DNA of 32,365 nucleotides from Chloroflexota bacterium (GCA_013697395.1 JACCWY010000219.1:1-32365); one strand, 5' to 3'; counted from the stretch's first letter, positions 8,069-15,675 are shown. The notes: generated by a model not told the origin, from the sequence alone. Numbers and translations are program-made.

Positions 8069-9439
8069 CTAGTACGTGATCTCCACGTCATTGATGTAGA
8101 GCTCCGCGGCGGGGCTGCCCGCCGGGAGTCCGAAACAGATCTCCTGTGCTCCGTCGATCGGGTCGTTCGCGGAGACGGCCGCGCGCCCGAGCACCGTGCC
8201 GTCCTCCCCCATCGCCACGACGGTGGCCGTCCCGTCCGGCGCCAGCCCGACGGTCACCTCGTACCATTGCCCGAAGCGGGATGTGGAGACGACGAGCGCG
8301 TGGCTCGAGCCGAGCAGCTCCACCGCTCCGGAATTGCTCAGCGCCACGGCGACGATCGCCTCTCCGTCCGGCCCGACGAGCTCGACGAGCTCGGAGCCGC
8401 CGAGAAGCGCTCCCTGCAGGCGGAGCCTGACGGCGACCTGCGTCGGAGCCGCCGAGAGGGCATGGCACACGCTCGACGGCGAAGCACTCCCCGAGAGGCG
8501 GAGGCTCCGGTCGACGGCCGTCGGGACCGCGGCGACCGAGAGCGCATCATCCGGGCCTGCCAGCTTGAAGCCGGCTGGCGCGTTGCTGCCCATCTCGACG
8601 TCATCGAAGGTCCAGCTCTCCACGGCCGGCACGGAGGCCGAGGACGGCGGACTGGGTACGGGCGTTCCCGTGGACCCGGCGACCGCGCCGGTCGTGGGTG
8701 GAGTCTCGATCGCCACCTCGTCCGCCGGCGGCCGGGGTACTTCCCGCGGCCACAGGGTCAGCGCCGCGATCACGACCACGACGGCCGCGACCCCTACGAT
8801 CCCCACACGCACGGGCCGCGCGCGCTTCCTCCAGTCGAATGCGGTGCGCGCCGCCCGGACAGGCGGTCGCACTGTCGGGAGGGGCCACGTCGGCTGAGCC
8901 GCGTCATCGGCCCGGCGCAGCTCTTCGACGGCGAACTCGATGCTGCCCAGGGTTCCCGCCAGCTGGCCCAGGAGCTCCTCCACCGCTCCTCGGTCAGGCG
9001 CTCGTGACGCAGCGAGGGCATGTTCGGCGGCCTCCTCCGCCGCCCGGCGTTTGACCTCCAGCTCGAGGAGTGCGTCGCCGATGGTCGAAAGGCCACCAGC
9101 CGCGCCCCCGTCAGCCAGCGCGCGAAGGTCCCACTCCACCTCCTCGAGCACTCCCAGCGCATCCCGCGCCGCCCGGATGCCGGCCTTGGGCCGCTGGGTT
9201 CGCAGCTCCCGGCAGGCGGCGCACCGCAGGGCACCCTCGAGGCCGCAGGCGGCGCACAGGTAGGAGCGGCACGCGAGGCAGAACGACGCTCCTCCACTCC
9301 CGGTGAGCGCCGTCGACACGCCGCAGCGCTCGCAGAAGATGTGGCCTGTGGCACGAGGGCCGATCACGGCGCGATTTCCCGCACGGAGGCGCTTCGGGCA
9401 CGCGCAACGTCGGGCGACCGATTGAGGCGGCGCGGGCAC
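8069..9439 (-). CDS. membrane protein: N-terminal multi-Cys zinc-ribbon region, coiled-coil, one TM helix, Pro-rich linker, C-terminal beta-rich ectodomain
   Basis: Ten Cys residues arranged CxC..CxxC..CxxC-x4-CxxC-x7-CxxC (residues 12-76). Ala/Glu-rich helical segment. TM helix VRVGIVGVAAVVVVIAALTLW (about residues 210-230). PRPPADEVAIETPPTTG..PSPPSS linker. A 185-aa beta-strand-like domain ending ELYINDVEITY. The start (GTG 9439) is uncertain. Confidence 0.75.
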   Translation of the reverse strand: MPAPPQSVARRCACPKRLRAGNRAVIGPRATGHIFCERCGVSTALTGSGGASFCLACRSYLCAACGLEGALRCAACRELRTQRPKAGIRAARDALGVLEEVEWDLRALADGGAAGGLSTIGDALLELEVKRRAAEEAAEHALAASRAPDRGAVEELLGQLAGTLGSIEFAVEELRRADDAAQPTWPLPTVRPPVRAARTAFDWRKRARPVRVGIVGVAAVVVVIAALTLWPREVPRPPADEVAIETPPTTGAVAGSTGTPVPSPPSSASVPAVESWTFDDVEMGSNAPAGFKLAGPDDALSVAAVPTAVDRSLRLSGSASPSSVCHALSAAPTQVAVRLRLQGALLGGSELVELVGPDGEAIVAVALSNSGAVELLGSSHALVVSTSRFGQWYEVTVGLAPDGTATVVAMGEDGTVLGRAAVSANDPIDGAQEICFGLPAGSPAAELYINDVEITY

Positions 9440-9571
9440 ATCTTGCGCACAATCCCCCGACTGAGTAGCTGCCTTGGCACGGCGGGCGGCGAGGCCCGGT
9501 GAATCTAGTCCCTGGCTACTTTGGCGTCAACGCGGGCCGGTGGCGCCAGGCTGGTGGCGACGCCGTCGATG

Positions 9572-9655
9572 CTAGAAGATTGCACCCACGCAGGACACGA
9601 GCAGCCAGATGACGAGAATGACGCCGATGACGACGCCGAGCAGGATGCGGCCCAT
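9572..9655 (-). CDS. 27-aa hydrophobic small membrane protein (too short for the ORF track as a separate entry)
   Basis: ATG at 9655 is preceded by GGAGGAGCA directly upstream (strong SD). The product is MGRILLGVVIGVILVIWLLVSCVGAIF, with the stop at 9572-9574. 24 of 27 codons end in G/C. It lies in the gap between the EVE gene and the zinc-ribbon gene. Confidence 0.6.
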   Translation of the reverse strand: MGRILLGVVIGVILVIWLLVSCVGAIF

Positions 9656-9736
9656 TGCTCCTCCATCGGTGTGGGTGATCTGTCGCCGGGTAAGCAAGGC
9701 CGATGCCGCGGTCGCAGCTCCGGTCAGGGGCGGCGC

Positions 9737-10156
9737 ATGACGTACTGGATCAACACCATCTCGCGTGACCATGTGGTGGCCGGCATGCAGGGCGGCTTCA
9801 CACAGGCGAACCATGGCCGGCCTCACGCCCTGCGCCGGCTGAGGAAGGGCGACCTCATGGCGTTCTATTCGCCCCGCACCAGCTATCCGGATGGTGAGCC
9901 GCTGCAGCGGTTCACCGCGATCGCCCGCGTGACGGACGACGAGCCGCACCAGGCCGAGATGCGGCCCGACTTCCGTCCCTGGCGGCGGACGGTTGAACCG
10001 ATCGAGGCCGCGGAGGCGCCCATCAAGCCGTTGATCAAGGACCTTGCCTTCATCCGCGACAAGCCGCGATGGGGGTTCGTCTTTCGTCGGGGCATGTTCG
10101 AGATCGGGGAGGACGACTTCAGGCGCATCGCCCTCGCGATGGACGCGATCGTGTGA
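9737..10156 (+). CDS. EVE (PUA-like) domain protein
   Basis: Inner ATG at 9737 (MTYWINTISRDHVVAG..). LRRLRKGDLMAFYSPR, FTAIARV and the C-terminal WGFVFRRGMFEI..DF fit the EVE pattern as I know it. The longer start at 9521 gives an acidic low-complexity extension antisense to the 27-aa ORF. Confidence 0.8.
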   Translation: MTYWINTISRDHVVAGMQGGFTQANHGRPHALRRLRKGDLMAFYSPRTSYPDGEPLQRFTAIARVTDDEPHQAEMRPDFRPWRRTVEPIEAAEAPIKPLIKDLAFIRDKPRWGFVFRRGMFEIGEDDFRRIALAMDAIV

Positions 10157-10165
10157 GGGTCCGAA

Positions 10166-11105
10166 TCAGGTCCCTGCCAGGCGCGCGATCACGGGCGACA
10201 TGACCGCAAGGTGCTCCGGCCGGAGCGCGATGTAGCTGATGCCCCAACGCTCGCGGCGGGCGACGAGGGTCGCGGCCATCTCCTCGGAGTCGCCGACGAG
10301 GAAGTGCGGACTGCGAGGCAGCTCGTCCTCGCTGATGCCGTAGGCCCGTTGTGGGGGAGGGCCTCTCCGCTGCCGGAAGATCCGATCGAGCTCGAACAAT
10401 GCGATGTTGAGCTCGAGCACCGCCAATCGCTCGCCGGCCGCGGCCCGGATCCATCCCACCTTGCGATCGATCGCCGCCTCGGTGACGTCGGTCCGGGTCG
10501 GCGCCACCGCCGGGCAACGACCTGGGGTCGAGCCCCACGATATCGGCCTCCCGGGCGGCGAAACGCAGGACTCGCGGACCGCCGCCGCCGACCATGAACG
10601 GCGGGTGCGGCCGCTGGACCGAGGTCGGCAGATCGCGCTGGTGCATGGCGGGGTAGGCATCGTCGCCGGGATGGTCGATCCGCCCCTCGCTCATGGCCTG
10701 CTTGAGCATGCGGAGGGACGCCTGCATACGCGCCACCCGCACCGCCGGCGGATTGAAGCTCAGCCCCGCCGCGTCGTACTCCACCCGGTTCCAGCCGGCG
10801 CCGATGCCGATCTCCAGCCGGCCGCCGGTTATCGCGTCGATCGTCGTCAGCTCCTGCGCCAGCACCGCCGGATGGCGCAGGTCATTGTTCAGGACGAAGG
10901 TGCCGATGCGGAGGCGAGTCGCTTCCGCGGCTGACTGGAGCAGGGGCAGGGCGGCCCATCGGCCAAGGTGGTCGGTCCCGAGCAGGACGCCGATGCCGGC
11001 GGCCTCGGCTCGGCGGGCAAGCCCCACGACTCCGTCGCGGGTCGCCGTCCTCGAGTCGAGAATGAGCCCGAAGCGAAACGGGCGGAGCCCAGGCGAAGAT
11101 GTCAC
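10166..11105 (-). pseudogene. LLM-class (luciferase-like) F420-dependent oxidoreductase, frameshifted near 10495-10525
   Basis: The frame of ORF 10119..11201 reads as LLM from VTSSPGLRPFRFGLILD.. to ..FAAREADIVGLDPRSLPGG, then becomes Arg/Gly junk. The frame of ORF 10166..10660 gives a typical LLM C-terminus: ..TDVTEAAIDRKVGWIRAAAGERLAVLELNIALFE..HFLVGDSEEMAATLVARRERWGISYIAL. GTG at 11105 has GGAG 5 nt upstream. Confidence 0.75.
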
Positions 11106-11250
11106 GTCGTCTCCGATTCTCCCACCTGCCGGCCGCGACCCTTGCCAAGCAGTGGCCGATCCTGCCAACGCTGCCCACGAAGCCCGGCCCGGACCGCTCA
11201 CTGTGCGATCGGCCCGGATACTGCTCTACGACACTCGGAGGTGCATTCGA

Positions 11251-11652
11251 ATGGACGATCAGCAGGCGATCGAGCGGTACCGGTACATGCTGCGAACCGC
11301 GCCGCCGGAGGACATCGAGCGCGCACACGAGGAGGCCTTCGAGCAGCTGACGCCGGAGCAGCGCGGCGTCGTGCTCAAGGCGCTCGCGAAGGAGGTGCCC
11401 GGGTCGGAGGCCGCTGCCTCCGACGATCCACGCTCGTTGGCGCGCATGGCGACGCGTGCAGAGATGCGCCAACCCGGAACCATGGAGCGCACGTTCGGCG
11501 GGATGCAGGGACCCGGCCTGGGCGGGATGTTCCTCTCGACCCTGGCGGGTGCGTTCGTCGGGTCCGCCATCGCCGACGCATTCTTCGACAACGATCCGGG
11601 CACCGATGCGGGTGCGAGCGATGACTCGTCCACCGAGGGTGAACGGCGGTGA
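11251..11652 (+). CDS. hypothetical protein with Gly-rich hydrophobic C-terminal region
   Basis: ATG at 11251 with GGAGG about 9 nt upstream. MDDQQAIERYRYMLRTAPPEDIERAHEEAFEQLTPEQRG.. then GGMQGPGLGGMFLSTLAGAFVGSAIADAFF. The C-terminus may be frameshifted (see findings). Confidence 0.6.
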   Translation: MDDQQAIERYRYMLRTAPPEDIERAHEEAFEQLTPEQRGVVLKALAKEVPGSEAAASDDPRSLARMATRAEMRQPGTMERTFGGMQGPGLGGMFLSTLAGAFVGSAIADAFFDNDPGTDAGASDDSSTEGERR

Positions 11653-11722
11653 TGGCTTCGGCGACTTCGGCGGAGATTTCGGCGGCGGCGACCTCGGGTA
11701 GATCCAGGTCAGGTCGCCACCC

Positions 11723-12427
11723 TTATGGCGAGGGCCGCCAGCCCAGGAACTCACGCGCCCGGCGGTTGCTGACGGCGGCGTCGTCGTCCACCACGTTGTA
11801 GACGCCGGCCGGACCGTGGTCGACGGCGAGGAGGGTGGCGCGTGCGGCCGCGCGCACGGAAACTCGCGGCGACGGGGCGGTTTCGGTCTCCCAAGCGGTG
11901 CTCGGCCCGTAGAAGAAGCCGTATCGGAGCACGACGCCATCGAGGCCGGGCGTCCGCGTCACAAGCCGCTCGAGCTCGACGATTCCGCGCAGCGAGGCGT
12001 CGGCAGGGTCCGACGTGGGCGTTCGCAGCGGGTGGCTCTCATCGTGCGGCAGTGGGCCGTCGGCGTAGAGCCAGGCGCCGCTCTGCGCGATCAGCCGGCG
12101 CGTCCGGGCAGCGAGCGCTGCCTCGACCAGGTTCCGCGTTCCGATCTCGCGAAGGCGCCCCGTCCTCGCCACGTCCTCGGGACCGAACCCGTGCGCCAGG
12201 TCGGTCAACTCGTGGATCACGATCTCGGGTCGTGTTCCCAGCACGGCTGTCCGCATTGCATCGGCGTCGTACGCATCGACGATCACAGGCGCTGCGCCGA
12301 GGCCCTCCAGCCAGCGGGCTCGGTCGTCGGACCGCGTCGTCCCGGCCACGGCATGACCCGCCTCGACCAGCATCGGAACGAGGTGGCGGCCGATGGCACC
12401 GGCTGCGCCCGCGACAAAGATCCTCAT
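11723..12427 (-). CDS. NAD(P)-binding SDR / epimerase-dehydratase family protein
   Basis: N-terminal Rossmann motif MRIFVAGAAGAIGRHLV. Its 234-aa length and layout are typical of atypical SDRs. Confidence 0.8.
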   Translation of the reverse strand: MRIFVAGAAGAIGRHLVPMLVEAGHAVAGTTRSDDRARWLEGLGAAPVIVDAYDADAMRTAVLGTRPEIVIHELTDLAHGFGPEDVARTGRLREIGTRNLVEAALAARTRRLIAQSGAWLYADGPLPHDESHPLRTPTSDPADASLRGIVELERLVTRTPGLDGVVLRYGFFYGPSTAWETETAPSPRVSVRAAARATLLAVDHGPAGVYNVVDDDAAVSNRRAREFLGWRPSP

Positions 12428-12457
12428 GCCACGATCGTACGCGCCGCGGCCGGGGCG

Positions 12458-13732
12458 TCAGGTCGCCTCGGCCGTCGCTTCCGCCGCGCGAATGCGATCG
12501 TCGGTGACGATCAGGCGGCCGGCGACCGAGACGATGATCACCGCTGCCCCGACGGCGAAGGCCACCCGCAGCCCGAAGGCCTCCGCGATGAGGCCGGCGG
12601 CGAAGGCGCCGATGACCTCCGCGAGGTTCGCGAGCGTTCGGTGCGTGGCATGCACCCGCCCCATCAGGCTCGACGGCAGCAGGGACTGGCGAAGCGACAC
12701 GTTGGTGATGTTCCACGCCATGATCGCGATGCCCCCCGCGAAGAAGCCGGCCCCGATGACGAGCGCGTTCGCGGTCAGCGCCGGCACCAGGATGACGAGG
12801 CCGAACAGCAGCTGAGCGCCCGCCAGGACGTTCGGACGGCCGAGGATGGAAACCGTCTGCGTCGCGACGAACGACCCGATCAGGCTGCCGATGCCGAAGG
12901 TGACGAAGAGCAGGCCGTACTGGGGCTCGCTGAGACCCATTGGTCCCGGGGCCACGGCATAGAGCGCCAGCAGGGCGAAGAACCCGGCTGAGCCGAGGCG
13001 GCCCATCGCGACCATCCCGCTCAGCGTCCGCAACAATGGATGCCGGGCAAGGAACCCGATCCCCTCGGCGATGTCGGCATGCAGGCGCCGCCCTGGGCCG
13101 GTGCGCTCGCTTCGGAAGCCGCCCGCAATCAGGAGCAGGCCGACCGCGGCGAGCAGGAAGCCCAGTGCGCCGGCGCTCAGGGCCAGCGGGACGGACACTG
13201 CGATGAGAAGCCCGCCCAGCGGTGGGCCGACGAATGCGTTCATCATCGTCTCGGCCGCGAACAGTCGCCCGTTGGCCGTCACCAGCCGATCACGGCCGAC
13301 GAGTGCCGGAATGATCGCCTGGGCATTCGTATCGAAGAATGCCTCCCCGGTCCCGATGACGAGGGCCGTGGCGTAGAGAACGGGCATGCTGAGTGCGCCG
13401 GCCACCGCGATCGCCGCCAGGACGGTGATCACCGTGAAGCGCAGCAGCTGCACGGCGAGCATCGTCCATCGCCGGTCGAGGCGGTCGGCAAGCCCGCCGG
13501 CGAGGAGGCCCACGGCGATGTTCGGGATCCTCGACGCGATCGTCACGGCAGCGATCTCGGCCGGCGACCTCGTCAGGCTCACCGCGATCAGCGGGATGGC
13601 AACTGCGACGATGCCGTCGGCAAGGTTCGCCGACACTGAAGAGATCCAGAGCCGCCAGAAGTTCGCCGGCAGCCCTCCACCGAACGCGGAGAACAGGGCG
13701 CGCGGATGGAGACGGGGCAGCCGTGGGGACAC
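12458..13732 (-). CDS. MFS transporter
   Basis: 424 aa with about 12 hydrophobic segments. The loop motif GGLADRLDRR after TM2 is typical of MFS. Starts at GTG 13732. Confidence 0.85.
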   Translation of the reverse strand: MSPRLPRLHPRALFSAFGGGLPANFWRLWISSVSANLADGIVAVAIPLIAVSLTRSPAEIAAVTIASRIPNIAVGLLAGGLADRLDRRWTMLAVQLLRFTVITVLAAIAVAGALSMPVLYATALVIGTGEAFFDTNAQAIIPALVGRDRLVTANGRLFAAETMMNAFVGPPLGGLLIAVSVPLALSAGALGFLLAAVGLLLIAGGFRSERTGPGRRLHADIAEGIGFLARHPLLRTLSGMVAMGRLGSAGFFALLALYAVAPGPMGLSEPQYGLLFVTFGIGSLIGSFVATQTVSILGRPNVLAGAQLLFGLVILVPALTANALVIGAGFFAGGIAIMAWNITNVSLRQSLLPSSLMGRVHATHRTLANLAEVIGAFAAGLIAEAFGLRVAFAVGAAVIIVSVAGRLIVTDDRIRAAEATAEAT

Positions 13733-13738
13733 CGCCCG

Positions 13739-13744
13739 ATCCTA
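13739..13744 (-). promoter_or_regulatory. candidate -10 hexamer TAGGAT, 6 nt before GTG 13732 (leaderless geometry)
   Basis: The minus strand reads TAGGAT-CGGGCG-GTG. There is no SD. Confidence 0.3.
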
Positions 13745-13944
13745 GCGTCCGATACCGACGGGCGCGCCGTGGGCGAGCGCGGGCAGAAGGACGGCGATCC
13801 GCGCCCGCAGCTCGGCCGCCGGCGTCGCCGCGCAGCAGCGGCCTCCCAGCGCCGTACTCGGCAGCAGCCTGGCCAGTCAGGATGGTTGCCGGGCCGCGCC
13901 GTACGAATACTTCTCGGGTCATCTCGCGCAATGGTTGAGTGCCG

Positions 13945-13950
13945 TATAGT
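13945..13950 (+). promoter_or_regulatory. candidate -10 hexamer TATAGT, 6 nt before ATG 13957 (leaderless geometry)
   Basis: The sequence reads gccgTATAGTcgagacATGagc. It is an AT-rich hexamer in a GC-rich intergenic region, with no SD. Confidence 0.45.
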
Positions 13951-13956
13951 CGAGAC

Positions 13957-15285
13957 ATGAGCACATCGAGCGTGCGCACGCGCAAGGTCATCGTCGTCGA
14001 CAACAGTCACGTGGCCCGGCGGGTGGGGGAGCGGATCCGGCAGGCACGCACGCGGATGGGGCTGACGCAACGCCAGCTGGCCGAGGGCCGCTACACCGCG
14101 GCCTACATCAGTGCGCTCGAGCGCGGGCTCGCGAAGCCGTCGATGGCGGCGCTCACCTTCCTGTCCGAACGCCTCGGCGTCTCGGTGCCCGATCTCGTCG
14201 CCGAGGAGCGCCCGGCCGCCGGACGGCTCGAGGCCGACCTGCTGATGGCAGCGGGGACGGCGCAGGAGGCGCTGGACCGCTACGACGACCTGCTCAGTAC
14301 GGCGGGCGATGACCGGCGAAACCGCGCGGAGCTCCTGCGGGGCCGGGCCGAGGCGCTGTGTCGCCTCGGAAAAGGCCACGAGGCCATCGGGCCGGCCAGC
14401 GAGTCGGCCCTGCTGTTCGATGGGCTTGCGGCGCCAGCGGATGCGGCGATGGCGCGCTACTGGTTGGCAGGTGCGCACTACCAGGAGGACAACCCCGCCG
14501 AGGCGCGCGGCATCCTCCAAGAGCTGCTGGCGGCCGATCGCGCCGGCCTCGCCGTGGCTCCGGACTTCCGATTCCGGCTTCTCGCCGCGCTCGGCAACGT
14601 CGAGGCCTGGGATGGCGAGACGGAACGCGGGCTGAGCTACCTGGAGGAGGCGCGGGCGCTTTCCGGCGACATCACGCTTCGTCAGCGCGCCGCCTTCCTC
14701 TCGGCCATGGCGCTGCAGTACCGGCACGCTGGCGACCTCGAGCGGTCGATCCGCGTGGGTCACGAGAGCCTGGCCCTGTACCAGGCGGCCGATGCCGAGC
14801 GCGAGGAAGGGGCGCTCGAGATCAACCTGGCCCTGACCTTCATCCCGCTCGGCAACCTGGAACGTGCCGGCGCCCACCTGGGCCGTGCACGCGAGATCGC
14901 GGCGCGTTTCGAGGACCGGCGCATCGACTCCGACGTGGCGGAGGCCGAGGCCCAGCTCGCGTTTGCGCGCGGTGATGAGCAGCTGGCGCGCGACCGCGCG
15001 GCCGCGGCGCTCGATGCTGCGGCGCAGGGTGGCTCGTACCTCGCGGCGGTTGGCGCGCATGTCACGCTGGCCCGGATCGGCCGCCGGCATGGGGAGCGTG
15101 GGGTCGCCGAGGCCGAGTACGACAACGCCACCACCCTCCTCCGTGAGCATCGCGGTCACACGCGGACGCGTGACGTTCTCGCGGAATGGGCCGACTTCCG
15201 GACCGAGGTAGGCGATCTCGCCGGCGCCAAAGAGCTGTACGCCGCCGCGCTGGGGCGGGGCACCGGAGTCACCGTCCGGCACTGA
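13957..15285 (+). CDS. XRE-family helix-turn-helix transcriptional regulator with a long TPR-like C-terminal domain
   Basis: HTH_XRE signature VGERIRQARTRMGLTQRQLAEGRYTAAYISALERGLAKPSMAALTFLSERLGV. About 330 aa of Ala/Leu-rich helical-hairpin repeats follow (..RGRAEALCRLGKGHEAI.., ..ARYWLAGAHYQEDNPAEARGILQELL.., ..LALTFIPLGNLERAGAHLGRAREIA..). I chose the in-frame ATG at 13957 over 13939 because of the -10 geometry. Confidence 0.8.
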   Translation: MSTSSVRTRKVIVVDNSHVARRVGERIRQARTRMGLTQRQLAEGRYTAAYISALERGLAKPSMAALTFLSERLGVSVPDLVAEERPAAGRLEADLLMAAGTAQEALDRYDDLLSTAGDDRRNRAELLRGRAEALCRLGKGHEAIGPASESALLFDGLAAPADAAMARYWLAGAHYQEDNPAEARGILQELLAADRAGLAVAPDFRFRLLAALGNVEAWDGETERGLSYLEEARALSGDITLRQRAAFLSAMALQYRHAGDLERSIRVGHESLALYQAADAEREEGALEINLALTFIPLGNLERAGAHLGRAREIAARFEDRRIDSDVAEAEAQLAFARGDEQLARDRAAAALDAAAQGGSYLAAVGAHVTLARIGRRHGERGVAEAEYDNATTLLREHRGHTRTRDVLAEWADFRTEVGDLAGAKELYAAALGRGTGVTVRH

Positions 15286-15351
15286 CGCCCGACGGGTGGG
15301 CACGGCCGGCGAGCACTACCGGCTTGTTTCTACAGAGGCGTCAGTGGCGGT

Positions 15352-15459
15352 TCAGCGCGGAATCGGCGGCTGGCCATCGGCCAGAGCTGCTGCCGCGGTC
15401 AGCAACGTGAGGATGACGGAGAGAGCCAGCGAGATCATCGGCGAGCGGAATCGATGCAT
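15352..15459 (-). CDS. candidate 35-aa secreted pre-peptide (signal peptide plus 8 residues)
   Basis: Manual translation gives MHRFRSPMISLALSVILTLLTAAAALADGQPPIPR, then TGA at 15352-15354. GGGAAGGGAA lies 8-9 nt upstream of the ATG at 15459. 26 of 34 codons end in G/C. It is the only plausible ORF in a 390-nt gap. It is short, so chance cannot be excluded. Confidence 0.35.
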   Translation of the reverse strand: MHRFRSPMISLALSVILTLLTAAAALADGQPPIPR

Positions 15460-15663
15460 TGCGGGGTTCCCTTCCCGCTCGCCAGCCGCGGTGGCCACCC
15501 GGAGGCAGCCGATGGTACCGGCAATCGCCCCCGCTAATCAAGTATTATCAACGCACCTTTGGGCTCGCCTCGAGGCCATTTGAGTCGGGGGGAAGGCGGC
15601 GGAGGCAGGCCGCCACGAACCGGCGGTCTGCCCTCGCCGTTCATCGCCTGTGACCTGCCGCCG

Positions 15664-15669
15664 TATCCT
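15664..15669 (+). promoter_or_regulatory. candidate -10 hexamer TATCCT, 6 nt before ATG 15676 (leaderless geometry)
   Basis: The sequence reads ccgTATCCTctgtcgATGagg. There is no SD. Confidence 0.35.
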
Positions 15670-15675
15670 CTGTCG

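Noticed and set aside
8069-9439. Zinc-ribbon/TM protein as a classical ZAS anti-sigma factor
   Set aside because: No ECF sigma factor gene lies adjacent or anywhere in the window. The Cys pattern is a multi-CxxC ribbon rather than the HxxxCxxC ZAS motif. Only the general topology is similar.
9521-9736. N-terminal extension of the EVE ORF (start at 9521) with a very acidic DDENDADDDAEQD stretch
   Set aside because: The acidic run is simply the antisense reading of the Ile/Val-rich codons of the 27-aa membrane peptide ORF. EVE homology begins at MTYWINT (ATG 9737).
13588-15303. 571-aa ORF on the minus strand, the longest ORF in this part of the window
   Set aside because: It is exactly antisense to the XRE-TPR gene. 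It is Arg/Gly/Pro/Leu-rich with no recognisable motifs, while the plus-strand frame has a clear HTH and TPR-like repeats. It is a typical shadow ORF of GC-rich DNA.
15305-15330. Possible intrinsic terminator after the XRE-TPR gene (GCCGG-9 nt-CCGGC followed by TTGTTTC)
   Set aside because: The stem is only 5 bp and the T-tract is interrupted. That is too weak to call a terminator from sequence alone.
15559-15675. Upstream extension of the Vgb-like ORF (start at 15559)
   Set aside because: The extension is Gly/Arg/Pro-rich. The ATG at 15676 yields a canonical lipoprotein signal peptide and has the TATCCT-N6 leaderless geometry.
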